A DNA stretch of 64,000 bases from the NCBI GenBank assembly GCA_963847625.1, contig CAWKAR010000041.1, forward strand, positions 1 through 64,000. Direction: 5' to 3'. A program made the position numbers and the translations under genes. Positions 39,181-49,515 of this stretch are shown here, in pieces. This stretch comes from a candidate division FCPU426 bacterium (GTDB lineage: Bacteria > Oederibacteriota > Muellerivitia > Muellerivitales > Muellerivitaceae). The notes under the pieces were generated by a model that saw only the letters and a list, made by a program, of their open reading frames with translations, did no database searches and was not told the DNA's origin. The first letter of the stretch is position 1, and each line of letters begins with the position of its first letter.

Positions 39181-39329
39181 AAAGACCTCGGGAAGTAGTT
39201 TTTATAAGATTTAACCGATTTTGACAACCCCAATCCATAAAAACCGGTTTTGTTCCCCACGTATTATATTTGTAGGGAAAAGGGCTCCGTGTTAAACTTC
39301 AAAACCCTGAATAACATCGGGAAATTCCC

Positions 39330-40061
39330 TTGATAACGAAAGGCTGGCTCTTGGAATCCTACGAAGCCCTCGAAAAAATGGTCGCTCTCCAAACAACCGA
39401 TTCCGGCCTGGATGAGCTGGAAAAGCTGAAAAAAGGTTTCCTCCAGGAAATTTCCGACCTGGAAAAAGACCTGGAGAATGTTAAGGGACGGGTTCAAGAG
39501 GCCAAAAAGAGCCAGGAAGAGCTGGTCAAACGCCGCCGTTCCCTGGAGGTGGAGGTTGTTTCCTGGGACAACAAGATCAAGAAATACCAGGACCAGGAAC
39601 CCGAGGTGAAAAGCAACGAGCAGTTCATCGCCCTGAGGTCCGAGATCGAACAAGCGAAAGCGGAAAAGGGAAAGGTCGAGGAAAAAATCCTGGAAATCCT
39701 GTTCCAGGAGGACGAGGCGAAGAAAAAGGGCCAGGAGCTGGCCTCGGAGCTGGCGAAAGGCGAGAAAAAGGTCGCCGAGGATAGGAAAACCCTCCAGGGA
39801 AAAATCGAGGACTGCGATAAGGCCGCTGAAGGCAAGAATGCGGAGCGCGTGAAACAACTGGGCGAGGTGCCGGAAGAATTCTCCCAAATCTACGAGTCCA
39901 TCCGGAACCACGGGAAAAAGATAGCGGTGGCCGCTATAGAGGAGGACCATATGTGCGGGGGCTGCCACATGACCATCGCGCCCCAGGTCATCAACGAACT
40001 CCGGAAAAACATCAAGATCCAGTTTTGCAGGTGCGGCCGGTTTATTTATTTGAAGGATTAA
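39330..40061 (+). CDS. Coiled-coil C4-type zinc ribbon protein (DUF164 family)
   Basis: LQ..D, VK.N....AL..EIE, CGGCHM...PQ, CGR..Y. Confidence 0.85.
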   Translation: MITKGWLLESYEALEKMVALQTTDSGLDELEKLKKGFLQEISDLEKDLENVKGRVQEAKKSQEELVKRRRSLEVEVVSWDNKIKKYQDQEPEVKSNEQFIALRSEIEQAKAEKGKVEEKILEILFQEDEAKKKGQELASELAKGEKKVAEDRKTLQGKIEDCDKAAEGKNAERVKQLGEVPEEFSQIYESIRNHGKKIAVAAIEEDHMCGGCHMTIAPQVINELRKNIKIQFCRCGRFIYLKD

Positions 40062-40101
40062 ACACAACCCCCGGCTTTTCCATTTTGAATGAAGGTGCGG
40101 T

Positions 40102-41070
40102 ATGAGCGTCGCTACGGCCAAAAGGGTCCTTAAAATCGAGGCGGACGGGCTTTTGCGCCTGGCCCGGCGCACGGGGAAGTCCTTCGAGAAAGCCCTCCGG
40201 CTGGTCCTGAAATCCAAGGGCCGCGTGGTGGTCACCGGCATGGGCAAATCGGGCCTGGTCGGCCAGAAGATCGCGGCCACCCTTTCCTCCACCGGCACCC
40301 CCTCTTATTTCCTCAGCTCGGCCGAGGCCCTGCACGGGGACATGGGAAAGGCCGCCAAGGGGGACGTGGTCCTGGCCCTTTCCAACAGCGGCGAAACCGA
40401 CGAGCTGAAAAGCCTACTGCCGCACCTCAGGCGCATGGGCTGTCCCATCATCCTTTTTACCGGCAAACCCGCCTCCAGCCTCGCCCGGCTTTCGGACGTG
40501 GTGGTGGACGTCGGCGTCCAAAAGGAAGCCTGCCCCCTGAACCTCTCGCCCACCGCGAGCACGACCGCGGCCCTGGCCATGGGGGACGCCCTAGCCGTCG
40601 CCCTGTTGGAAGAGCGGGGTTTCACCGAAAAGCAATTCGCCCTGTTCCACCCCGCGGGCGACCTGGGGAGGCGGCTCCAGTTGAAGGTCACCGAAATCAT
40701 GCGAAAAGGAAAAGCGGTTCCCAAGGTCCCCCTGTCCGCGGGATTCCGGCAAGTGGTTCGGGAGATCAACGCCAAGCGGGTGGGGTCGGCCTGCGTGACG
40801 GACAAGCGCGGGAGAATTTCCGGCATCATCGTGGACGGGGACATCCGCCGGGCCCTCTTGAAGGACCCCGACATCCGGCATTGGGACGCGGGAAACCTTC
40901 GGACTCCCAGGCCCAAGACCATCCGCCCCGGCGTGACCCTTGCCCAGGCCCTCCAGTTGATGGAGGAAAACGCCATTTTCCAATTGGTGGTTATCGACGC
41001 TCACAAGCGGCCGGTCGGGCTGGTGCACCTGCACGACCTGCTGGGACGGGGAAGGATCAAGATCGTTTAA
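40102..41070 (+). CDS. kdsD: D-arabinose-5-phosphate isomerase (SIS + CBS)
   Basis: GMGKSG..G.KIAAT.SSTGTP, EA.HGD.G, PTASTTA..A.GDALA, FHP.G.LG. Confidence 0.93.
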   Translation: MSVATAKRVLKIEADGLLRLARRTGKSFEKALRLVLKSKGRVVVTGMGKSGLVGQKIAATLSSTGTPSYFLSSAEALHGDMGKAAKGDVVLALSNSGETDELKSLLPHLRRMGCPIILFTGKPASSLARLSDVVVDVGVQKEACPLNLSPTASTTAALAMGDALAVALLEERGFTEKQFALFHPAGDLGRRLQLKVTEIMRKGKAVPKVPLSAGFRQVVREINAKRVGSACVTDKRGRISGIIVDGDIRRALLKDPDIRHWDAGNLRTPRPKTIRPGVTLAQALQLMEENAIFQLVVIDAHKRPVGLVHLHDLLGRGRIKIV

Positions 41071-41115
41071 TAACGGTTCTCTTTGAAATTCCGTAAATTA
41101 TTTTTGGTGAGGCCC

Positions 41116-41667
41116 ATGAGCATCAAAAACATCCGGCTGCTTTTAACCGACGTGGACGGCATCCTGACCGACGGCAAGGTTTACCTGGACAACCGGGGGG
41201 GCGAGTTTACCTCCTTCGATATCCAGGACGGCATCGGCCAGCGCCTGGCCGCGGCCGGGGGCCTCCAGGTGGGATGGCTCTCGGGCCGAACCTCCAAGCC
41301 GGTCGCGTTGAGGGCCAAACGCCTGGATGTGCCGTTTCTCTTCCGGGGGAAAGTGGACAAAGTGGCGGTCGCCCGGAAGCTTTGCGCCAAGCTCGGCCTC
41401 TCGCTTTCCCAGGTCGCCTACCTGGGCGACGATTTGATCGATCTGCCCCTCCTCCGGAAGGCGGGGTGGTCCGCCACGGTTCCCTACGGCCGACCCGAAG
41501 TGAGGAAGGCGGTCCATTACGTGACCCGGGCGCCCGGAGGCGGGGGAGCCTTCCGGGAAGTCGTGGAAAAAATCCTGAAAGCCAGGGGCCTTTGGGGGAA
41601 GGCCCTCGGACTGTTCCACAACGGCAACGGGCATTCCGCCTGGTCCTTTCCAAAAGGCCTGGACTGA
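41116..41667 (+). CDS. kdsC: KDO-8-phosphate phosphatase
   Basis: DVDG.LTDG, F...DG.G, YLGDD.IDLP, GG.GA.RE. Confidence 0.92.
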   Translation: MSIKNIRLLLTDVDGILTDGKVYLDNRGGEFTSFDIQDGIGQRLAAAGGLQVGWLSGRTSKPVALRAKRLDVPFLFRGKVDKVAVARKLCAKLGLSLSQVAYLGDDLIDLPLLRKAGWSATVPYGRPEVRKAVHYVTRAPGGGGAFREVVEKILKARGLWGKALGLFHNGNGHSAWSFPKGLD

Positions 41668-41675
41668 GGCTCCCC

Positions 41676-42596
41676 TTGGCCCGGCCCCTCCAGAAACTCA
41701 AGAACCACCTCATCTATTACTCGGCGCGTTTCCTGATGTTCTTCATCGCCCGCCTGCCGTATTCCCTGGCCTCCCGCTCGGGCCGCTGGTTCGGGGCCGC
41801 GGTTTACCATTTGGCCCGCGGGGAAAGGCGCAAGACCCTCCAAAGCATCCAAACGGCGTTTTGCCAGGACCTCGGGCCGGGGGAGGCTAAGCGCCTCGCG
41901 TGCCGTGTCTGGAAAAACGCGGGACAAAACCTTTTCGAGATCGTCCGTTGGACTCGCTGGGAGCGGGAGCAAATTCACGCCCAAGTGTCCCGTGTGTCCG
42001 GCCTTGAGAATATCGACAAGGTTTTGACCCGGGGAAAGGGATTTTTTATCGCGACGGGACATCTGGGAAACTGGGAACTATTGGGCGGTTATTTATCCCG
42101 GATTTACCGGGGGGCCGCCATCGCCCAGAAATTATACGATCCGCGGTTTGACGGGCTTATCAACAAGTTCCGAAGGGATAAGTTGGGGGAGGGCACCGTG
42201 ATCAAGAGGGGAATGGCCCTGAGGGGAATCCTGGAAGCCCTCAGGGACAACAAGTTCATTTTGGCGTTATTGGACCAGGACACGGGAAGCGACGGAGTTT
42301 TTGTCCCCTTTTTCGGGAAAATGGCCTGGACCCAGACCGGCGTCGCCCGGATCGCCCGTAAGACCGGCGCGGCCATCGTGCCGGCTTTCCTGGTAAGGGG
42401 TTCCGACGGCCTATTCGAGGCCCATGTGGAGAAGGAAATTGAAATTCCCCGGACCGGCGGCACGGAAAAGGATATCTTGGAAACCGTCCGACGTTATACT
42501 GGGATCATCGAAACTTACGTGAGGGCTTACCCGGACCAGTGGATGTGGATGCATGAACGTTGGAAAACACGCCCCGCGGCTGATAAGTTCAAATAA
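41676..42596 (+). CDS. lpxL: Lipid A late acyltransferase (LpxL/HtrB family); start inferred at TTG 41676
   Basis: GHLGNWE, DQD, V.VPFFG, YPDQW.W.H.RWKTRP. Confidence 0.8.
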   Translation: MARPLQKLKNHLIYYSARFLMFFIARLPYSLASRSGRWFGAAVYHLARGERRKTLQSIQTAFCQDLGPGEAKRLACRVWKNAGQNLFEIVRWTRWEREQIHAQVSRVSGLENIDKVLTRGKGFFIATGHLGNWELLGGYLSRIYRGAAIAQKLYDPRFDGLINKFRRDKLGEGTVIKRGMALRGILEALRDNKFILALLDQDTGSDGVFVPFFGKMAWTQTGVARIARKTGAAIVPAFLVRGSDGLFEAHVEKEIEIPRTGGTEKDILETVRRYTGIIETYVRAYPDQWMWMHERWKTRPAADKFK

Positions 42597-42612
42597 AAAA
42601 AGGGGTCGTAAA

Positions 42613-43275
42613 GTGGCCGAAGAAAAAACCCTATTTCCGGAAGAGGAATCCCTCCTGGAGCAAACGGTCCAGGATGCCCCGCCCGGGCGTCAAAAACGCA
42701 CGGGATGGCTTTTGGCCTGCATTCTTTTAGCCGTCATCCTGCTTTTTTGGTATTTAAGCAAAAGCAACAAACAGCAAAACAACGTGGAAACCTTTGTCCA
42801 GGGCCAGAATTCACCGGACGCTGTCATTTTAAAATTCCACCTGGTCTCTTCCGTCCATGGCCAAAAGCAATGGGAGTTGATGTCCGATAAGGCCATGCTT
42901 TACCAGAACCAGAAGCAGGCCTACGCGGACCAGATCTTTGCGCAATACTATAAAAAGGGTAAAATCGTCTCGACCTTGACCGCCGACAAGGCCGTCATCA
43001 ACACCGAGACCAACGCGACCGAGGCCCAAGGGCACGTGGAGCTGATAACGGATAACGGATCAAAATTGGCGACCAACAAACTCAATTGGAACCCCGACAC
43101 CGACCAAATCCAAACGGAAAGCCGGGTGCACGTCTATAAGGGCCAGGACGAGATCAGCGCATTAGGTTTGGTGGCGGATACCCAATTAAACAACATCCGT
43201 TTCAAGAGCGACGTCAGGACTAAAATGAGGGATACCCATGAAATCGAAGATTTCAGTGAATCCAAGAAATTCTGA
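42613..43275 (+). CDS. lptC: LPS export protein LptC
   Basis: Single TM then beta-jellyroll-like sequence; position between kds genes and lptA/lptB. Confidence 0.8.
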   Translation: MAEEKTLFPEEESLLEQTVQDAPPGRQKRTGWLLACILLAVILLFWYLSKSNKQQNNVETFVQGQNSPDAVILKFHLVSSVHGQKQWELMSDKAMLYQNQKQAYADQIFAQYYKKGKIVSTLTADKAVINTETNATEAQGHVELITDNGSKLATNKLNWNPDTDQIQTESRVHVYKGQDEISALGLVADTQLNNIRFKSDVRTKMRDTHEIEDFSESKKF

Positions 43276-44116
43276 ATGGAAAAGCGTGGGAAATTCGGCC
43301 TGGTTTTTGCTCTGCCTGGTCCCGGCGGTTGTCCTGGGCTATGAAATCAACGACCACTCGAACATTTCGTCCAAAAAGCCTGTTAGAATCACGGCGAACC
43401 AATTGACGTTCGACCGGCTGAACAGCCTGACCGTTTTCAAGGGGTACGTCGTGGCCACCCATGAAAAAGTCAGGTTGAAGACCGACCAACTCCGGGCCTT
43501 CTCGGACAACCGGGAAGCCACGGCTTTGGGCCATGTGAAGGTGGTGGACTCCAGCTCGGGAATGACCTTGACCTGCGGAAACCTGGAATACCTGGACTTG
43601 ATGGAAACCATGACGGCCCACGACCATCCCTTATTGACGGCCATGGATGAGAATGGAATGCCGTTGACCGTTCAAGGCCGCCAAATCGAGTTGGATAACG
43701 ACAAAAAAACCGTGGCGGTCAACCAAAACGTGGATGTCTCCAGCGCTGACGGCCATGCGACGGCCCGGAATGCCGTTTACATTTCCCGGGAGGACAAGTT
43801 AATCCTGGAGGGCGATCCCAGTGTCGCGTATGGAAACGGGAAGATTTCCGGAAGGCGGATCATTTCCAATTTAGGGCAGAATCGGCGGGTTTTCGCGGAA
43901 GGCATGGCCGAGGCTGTTTTCAGCACCGACTCATCGGGGAATACCAGTACCGCATTGCGAGGGAATTCCACCCCCGGCGTTCCGGGAAAAGGGCCCGGTT
44001 CACTCCCCGGGGGTGACTCGTCGCACGGGAATCCGGGGTTGACGCCGACTCCCACCCCCGGGCATGCCCCCTTCATGCCGATCTTGGAACCGTCGCTTAG
44101 TCCGCCGGGACATTGA
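43238..44116 (+). CDS. lptA: LptA/OstA-family LPS transport protein
   Basis: PVRITA..L, F.G.V.A, A.GHV; synteny. Confidence 0.8.
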   Translation: MKSKISVNPRNSEWKSVGNSAWFLLCLVPAVVLGYEINDHSNISSKKPVRITANQLTFDRLNSLTVFKGYVVATHEKVRLKTDQLRAFSDNREATALGHVKVVDSSSGMTLTCGNLEYLDLMETMTAHDHPLLTAMDENGMPLTVQGRQIELDNDKKTVAVNQNVDVSSADGHATARNAVYISREDKLILEGDPSVAYGNGKISGRRIISNLGQNRRVFAEGMAEAVFSTDSSGNTSTALRGNSTPGVPGKGPGSLPGGDSSHGNPGLTPTPTPGHAPFMPILEPSLSPPGH

Positions 44117-44172
44117 TCCCATAGCGGGGATGATCCCGCCGTTCACGGGGATTCCCCATTCAAGGAAAAAGA

Positions 44173-44907
44173 ATGAAAACTCTTCGGACCCAGAATTTGG
44201 TCAAGGCTTACAACAAGAAGAAGGTGGTGGACCATGTTTCCATAGAGGTCCACGAGGGGGAGGTGGTCGGCCTTTTGGGCCCGAATGGCGCAGGCAAGAC
44301 CACGACTTTTTACATGGCCACGGGGTTTATCGCGCCAAACGAGGGAAAGGTCTTTTTCGAGGAGGACGGCCAGGCCCGTGAGATCACCCGCCTGCCCATG
44401 TACCAAAGGGCGCGCCTGGGAATCGCCTACCTTCCCCAGGAACCTTCCATCTTCCGCAAGCTCACGGTCGAGGATAACCTCATGGCGATCCTGGAATTGA
44501 CTCCCTTGTCCCCCGCAGAACGTGAAAAAAAACGGAAGGAACTTTTGGAGGAGTTGAAAATTTCCCATTTGGCCAAGCAAATGGCCTATACCCTCTCCGG
44601 CGGGGAAAGGCGGCGGACGGAAATCGCCCGGGCCCTGGTACTCCACCCCCATTTCATGCTGTTGGACGAGCCTTTCGTGGGGATCGACCCTATCGCGGTC
44701 CAAGATATTCAAAACATCATCCGGTTTCTTGTTCAAAGGAACATCGGAATCCTTATGACCGACCACAATGTCCGGGAAACCCTGTCGATCGTGGACCGCG
44801 CCTATATCATGTTCGAGGGAAAAATCCTCCTTTCGGGGACGGCTTCCGAGCTTGCTTCCAACCAAAAAGCGCGCGAGATCTACCTGGGAGAAAGATTTTC
44901 ACTTTAA
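44173..44907 (+). CDS. lptB: LPS export ABC ATPase
   Basis: [46 protein letters not shown]. Confidence 0.95.
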   Translation: MKTLRTQNLVKAYNKKKVVDHVSIEVHEGEVVGLLGPNGAGKTTTFYMATGFIAPNEGKVFFEEDGQAREITRLPMYQRARLGIAYLPQEPSIFRKLTVEDNLMAILELTPLSPAEREKKRKELLEELKISHLAKQMAYTLSGGERRRTEIARALVLHPHFMLLDEPFVGIDPIAVQDIQNIIRFLVQRNIGILMTDHNVRETLSIVDRAYIMFEGKILLSGTASELASNQKAREIYLGERFSL

Positions 44908-45036
44908 TAGGCTGCTGAAAAATTAAAAATAGGCCCACAAAGCAGCCTATGACCCCAAAGATTCCGCAGGAATCGTGGGGTTTCCGCAAATGTCGTCAGC
45001 TGAAAAAGTCCGTTGTGGGGACTTTTTCAGCAAACT
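44908..45036. repeat. Structured intergenic repeat, copy 1 (MITE/REP-like)
   Basis: Three stems; core gaccccaaagattccgcaggaatcg.ggggtt and gctgaaaaag...gactttt shared with 49149-49276. Confidence 0.7.
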
Positions 45037-45047
45037 GTTAAATCCTT

Positions 45048-45659
45048 TTGGAGACAACTATCCAATCCCCAACTCCAACCCCATCGGGAAACAAACTGAA
45101 AAATCTCGCCGACCGGATCCTGGCCCCCCTGTGCGGTTTGTTGGCGTTTTTGCGCATCAGTCCCAATGGGGTGACATTAGCCGGCGTCCTCTTGACTTTC
45201 ATGGTTCCGTTCGAGCTTCTCCAAGAAAGGTGGATTCCAGCCGGCTTGTGGCTTTTGGGGGCGGGATTTTTTGACGTTTTAGACGGTTCCCTGGCCCGAT
45301 ATTATGGTTTCAAAGGGACATTTGGGTCTTTTTGGGATTCGACCCTGGACAGGGTCTCTGAAGCCGTCGTTTTTATGGGATTTCTATTGTATTATTACCA
45401 CCAACATTTCCAGGGGGGCTTAGGACTTGCCTTCGCCGCTTGTGTTTTATCCTTCCTGGTTTCCTATACAAGGGCAAGGGCGGAAGGACTCGGGATCGAC
45501 TGTGAGGTGGGAATCTTGCCGCGCCCCGGGAGAGTTTTGCTCCTCTCCTTGGGCCTGATGACCGCCCAGCCCACCCCGGCCTTGGCGTTGGTGGGGTTTT
45601 TATCCCTGGTGACCGTGATCCAGAGGGTGTTATGGGTTTGGAAAAAGACACAGCCATAA
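45048..45659 (+). CDS. CDP-alcohol phosphatidyltransferase, probable phosphatidylinositol(-phosphate) synthase
   Basis: SPN.VT, D.LDGSLAR...G...DSTLDR..E, VSYTRARAE; adjacent to ino1. Confidence 0.85.
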   Translation: METTIQSPTPTPSGNKLKNLADRILAPLCGLLAFLRISPNGVTLAGVLLTFMVPFELLQERWIPAGLWLLGAGFFDVLDGSLARYYGFKGTFGSFWDSTLDRVSEAVVFMGFLLYYYHQHFQGGLGLAFAACVLSFLVSYTRARAEGLGIDCEVGILPRPGRVLLLSLGLMTAQPTPALALVGFLSLVTVIQRVLWVWKKTQP

Positions 45660-45712
45660 AAGTCATTTAAACAGCTTTTTAGCCGTCATTTTGCCTGGAG
45701 GTTTTCCTGATT

Positions 45713-46813
45713 ATGTCCAAGATCCGAGTGGCTTTGGTGGGAGTGGGTTGCTGCGCCTCGTCCTTGGTGCAGGGCGTGAGATTTTACCGCGATGCGGAGG
45801 AAGACGGTTTCGTGCCGGGCCTCATGCATGTGCGGCTGGGGAAGTACCACGTGGGGGACATCGAGTTCTCCTGCGCCTTCGACGTGGACGCCGACAAGGT
45901 CGGGAAGGACCTTATCGATGCGGTTTTCGCGCCCATCAACAATACGATCAAATTCTGCGACGTGCCTACCTCGGGTATTAAGGTCCATCGGGGCCCCACC
46001 TTGGACGGCTTGGGCAAGTACTACCGGCAAACCATCACCGAATCCCCCGAGAAACCCGTGGACGTTGCCTCCATCCTGAAGGAAACCAAGACCGATGTCC
46101 TGGTCAACTACCTGCCGGTGGGCAGTGAGGAAGCCGCGAAGTTTTACATGAACGAGGCCATGAAGGCGGGGGTGGGTGTTGTCAATTGCATGCCGGTTTT
46201 CATCGCCTCCAACCCGGTCTGGGCGAAAAAATTCGAGAAGGCAGACCTGCCCGTGCTGGGGGACGACATCAAGGCCCAGGTGGGCGCCACCATCACGCAC
46301 CGGGTCCTGGCTAAAATGTTCTCCGACCGGGGTGTCGTCTTGGACCGCACCTCCCAATTGAATTTCGGCGGGAACATGGATTTCAAGAACATGCTGGAGA
46401 GGGAACGGCTGGAATCCAAGAAGATCTCCAAGACCGGCGCGGTCGTGAGCCAGCTCTCCCATCCCATCAAGCCTGAGAACATCTACATCGGACCATCGGA
46501 CTATGTGCCTTGGCTTAACGACCGCAAGTGGGCCCACATCCGGTTGGAGGGCAGGGAATTCGGAAACGTTCCGGTCTCCATTGAGCTCAAATTGGAGGTC
46601 TGGGACTCGCCCAACAGCGCGGGCGTATCCATCGACGCCATCCGATGCTGTAAAATGGCCATGGATGCCAAGCTTTCCGGCGCTATGGAGGGCCCTTCCT
46701 CCTATTTCTTCAAGACACCGCCGGTGCAATACTCCGATGCCGAGGCCCACGAACTGGTGGAGGCTTTCATCGCCAAGTACGCCAAGACGGGGGATCCCAT
46801 TAAAGTCAGATAA
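45713..46813 (+). CDS. ino1: myo-inositol-1-phosphate synthase
   Basis: [39 protein letters not shown]. Confidence 0.93.
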   Translation: MSKIRVALVGVGCCASSLVQGVRFYRDAEEDGFVPGLMHVRLGKYHVGDIEFSCAFDVDADKVGKDLIDAVFAPINNTIKFCDVPTSGIKVHRGPTLDGLGKYYRQTITESPEKPVDVASILKETKTDVLVNYLPVGSEEAAKFYMNEAMKAGVGVVNCMPVFIASNPVWAKKFEKADLPVLGDDIKAQVGATITHRVLAKMFSDRGVVLDRTSQLNFGGNMDFKNMLERERLESKKISKTGAVVSQLSHPIKPENIYIGPSDYVPWLNDRKWAHIRLEGREFGNVPVSIELKLEVWDSPNSAGVSIDAIRCCKMAMDAKLSGAMEGPSSYFFKTPPVQYSDAEAHELVEAFIAKYAKTGDPIKVR

Positions 46814-46847
46814 TTCCGAGTTTTGTGTTGAAAATTTAAATCGAGAG

Positions 46848-46873
46848 AGCCCGGGAAGGCCCCGGGCTTTTTT
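46848..46873 (+). terminator. Intrinsic terminator
   Basis: agcccggg-aaggc-cccgggct-ttttt. Confidence 0.7.
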
Positions 46874-46934
46874 GTGAAACCTACCGGAAAATCCCGGCCG
46901 GAAGCCGGGGAAGAATCTTCATGGGGGATAGTTC

Positions 46935-47774
46935 ATGAGGAAATTTTTCCTCTGCGTAACGGCGGCCAGTTTAATGGCCCCCGGGAATCTCTTGGGCTGG
47001 GGTGCGGTGGGGCACGAGACTGTGGCTTTTATCGCCCAGGACCGCTTGACTCCCCAGGCCCGGGACGAGGTCCGGAATATCCTGGGAAGCAATGAGAATT
47101 TGGCTTCGGTTTCCACTTGGGCCGATTCCATCGTGGAGAACCGGCCCGAGACCGCCCCCTGGCATTACCTGAACCTGGACGTGCGTCAGCTCCAGAACGT
47201 GTTCGACCTTTCCGGCTCCTGCAAAAACCACGATTGCGTGGTGGACCAGATCCTGAAGGACTTGGGAATTCTCCGCAAGCCATTCGCCCCACGGAAGGAA
47301 AAGAGGGAGGCCCTCAAGTTCCTCGTGCATTTCCTGGGGGATATACACCAGCCCCTGCATTGCGTGGACGACCACGACCGCGGCGGGAACGAGAAATGGT
47401 TCCGTTATCATCCCGGAAAACCCTCTGACCGTTATACTTGGGTCAACCTCCATGGTTTCTGGGACCATTTACTGGAGACTGAAACCCGCGAAAATCCCGG
47501 CAGATTTGCCCGGTGGCTGGAGAGAAGAATCAGTTCCGAAGATGAAAAAAATTGGTCCCGGGGAAAACCGGCCGACTGGGCCTATGAAAGCTTTCTTATC
47601 GCCCAAGGGGATATTTACTCCGAACTGCCCAGGGGACCCGTGCAAAAAGGCCGCTGGGGAAGGGACCTGCCGAGGGATTACTATACCGGGAAGATGAGGG
47701 GAATCGTGGAGCGCCAACTTGAGAAGGCGGGCGTGAGGCTGGCTTTTCTGTTGAACGGCTTATTTGATCATTAA
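46935..47774 (+). CDS. S1/P1 nuclease, secreted
   Basis: WG..GH, WAD, WHY, HF.GDIHQPLH, DRGGN, NLH..WD, AG.RLA..LN. Confidence 0.92.
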   Translation: MRKFFLCVTAASLMAPGNLLGWGAVGHETVAFIAQDRLTPQARDEVRNILGSNENLASVSTWADSIVENRPETAPWHYLNLDVRQLQNVFDLSGSCKNHDCVVDQILKDLGILRKPFAPRKEKREALKFLVHFLGDIHQPLHCVDDHDRGGNEKWFRYHPGKPSDRYTWVNLHGFWDHLLETETRENPGRFARWLERRISSEDEKNWSRGKPADWAYESFLIAQGDIYSELPRGPVQKGRWGRDLPRDYYTGKMRGIVERQLEKAGVRLAFLLNGLFDH

Positions 47775-47912
47775 TCGAAATTCCAACACCCATTCCTTCG
47801 GGAGTTTTGGGGCTCAGAGCGAGGACACGGGAAAAAGATTTAAGGTTAACTGTTGAATCCGGCATTCCGGTTTGTTTGTCTCCCTAACGTTTATCGGCGG
47901 TATCGAGGTTTT

Positions 47913-49142
47913 ATGCTCAAAGTCAATACTTCCATCGAGAAAGCCACGCTCTACGACGGTGTCGGCGAAAAACCGGTTTCCGACGTGACCATTCTCATTG
48001 CGGGCGATACCATCGCCTACGCCGGTCCCCACCGACAGGCCCCGGCCTACGAGGCTGCCGAGGTGTATTACGCCGAAGGCTTGTTTGTCCTTCCGGGTTT
48101 GATCGACCTGCACGTCCATGGGCTTGTGGACCAGGCCAGCCTGCTTTCCTTCCTGCAAAACGGCGTCACCACCATCCGGGACCTGGCCAGCGATGTTTTC
48201 GAGGCCCTGGAATGGAAGGCCCAGGAGCGCTCGGGCCTTATCGACTCACCCCGGATTTTCACCGCCGGACCGGTTTTGACCTGTCCAGGCGGCTATCCCC
48301 AGAACGTTTGGGGCCCGAAGATCGCCGCGCTGGTCCAGGGGCGTTACCAAGCCCAGGAAAAAGTCAAAAAGCTGTGCGGATTGGGAATGGACGTCATTAA
48401 GATCGGTTTGGAACACGAACTGGGGCCCTGTCTCTCTGAAGCCGAGGTGGACGGGATCGTGAAAGCCGCGCACTCCCTGGGAAAGCGAGTAACCGCCCAT
48501 ATCACCAATGAGGCGGATTTCGAGCTTTGCTTGAAATTCAACGTGGATGAAATGGCCCACATACCCTCGCGCCCCCTATCGGACGATTTTTGGAAGGAAG
48601 CGGCCCGCCAAGGGGTTTTGATCCTGCCCACCCTCCACGCCCACGCCGGATGGGCCGAGGAATGGCGCCGCCGCTCGGAACACCCATTCGGGCAATATTG
48701 CCGCCTAGGCTTTAAAGCTGGGCACCAACAAAGCCGGAAGAATTTGGAGAAATTCCTGGGCCAGGGGGGGCGGGTTGCCTATGGCACCGACGCGGGTAAT
48801 CCCCATATGCCCTACGGCGTTTGCATAAGGGAATGGGCCGACCTTCAAATTGTCGGTTTGTCCCCTTTCCAATGCCTGAAGATGGCCACTTCCGATGCGG
48901 CACGGGTCTTAGGCCTGGAGGACCGATTGGGGTCCGTCGTGAAAGGCAAGTGGGCGGATCTGGTGATCTTTAAAAACGACCCCCTTCATCATCCCGAGAA
49001 TTTCAGGACGATTCAAAGGGTTTACAAAGGGGGAAAAGCCTATCCGGGAGGCGCGCTGGAATTTCCAAAACCCTTCGACCTGGATTATTGGATCCGGCAA
49101 TGGGAAAAGACCAAATTCAAGCAGGGTTGGCAAGGAAATTAA
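47913..49142 (+). CDS. Amidohydrolase superfamily protein
   Basis: PGLIDLHVH, GVTTIRD, GTDAG, G....GK.ADL. Confidence 0.9.
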   Translation: MLKVNTSIEKATLYDGVGEKPVSDVTILIAGDTIAYAGPHRQAPAYEAAEVYYAEGLFVLPGLIDLHVHGLVDQASLLSFLQNGVTTIRDLASDVFEALEWKAQERSGLIDSPRIFTAGPVLTCPGGYPQNVWGPKIAALVQGRYQAQEKVKKLCGLGMDVIKIGLEHELGPCLSEAEVDGIVKAAHSLGKRVTAHITNEADFELCLKFNVDEMAHIPSRPLSDDFWKEAARQGVLILPTLHAHAGWAEEWRRRSEHPFGQYCRLGFKAGHQQSRKNLEKFLGQGGRVAYGTDAGNPHMPYGVCIREWADLQIVGLSPFQCLKMATSDAARVLGLEDRLGSVVKGKWADLVIFKNDPLHHPENFRTIQRVYKGGKAYPGGALEFPKPFDLDYWIRQWEKTKFKQGWQGN

Positions 49143-49148
49143 GAATCT

Positions 49149-49276
49149 GAAACCTCTGAAAAACTAAAAAAAGCGGCCAACAGAGGTTTCGACCCCAAAG
49201 ATTTCCGCAGGAAATCGCGGGGTTACCTTTAATGATTGCTGAAAAAGCTGGCGATAAGCCGACTTTTTTAGAGGTT
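49149..49276. repeat. Structured intergenic repeat, copy 2 (MITE/REP-like)
   Basis: Same core as 44908-45036; ends aacctctgaaaaa / ttttttagaggtt form an imperfect terminal inverted repeat. Confidence 0.7.
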
Positions 49277-49515
49277 ACAATTTATATAAAAACTTTTCGG
49301 ATCTCTCAAAGCATTTCTGGTAAGTTTTTCGATCCAAAGGAATTAGTTTCGAAATGATCTTGCGGTCCCAATGCAAGTTTTTGGACTATTAAACCCAAGC
49401 GGTTTTGGCAACCCCTCTCGAGCAACAAAACCCTTCGTTTATATGCTAAAGACCCAAACAACTAAAAAAGGTATAATTCTTGCTCGAGCTTTCTTTTCCC
49501 GGAGTGGCATGGATT

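Noticed and set aside
39952..40040. Zinc ribbon with CRC rather than CxxC in the second pair
   Set aside because: All four Cys remain; a minor spacing variant with no further support.
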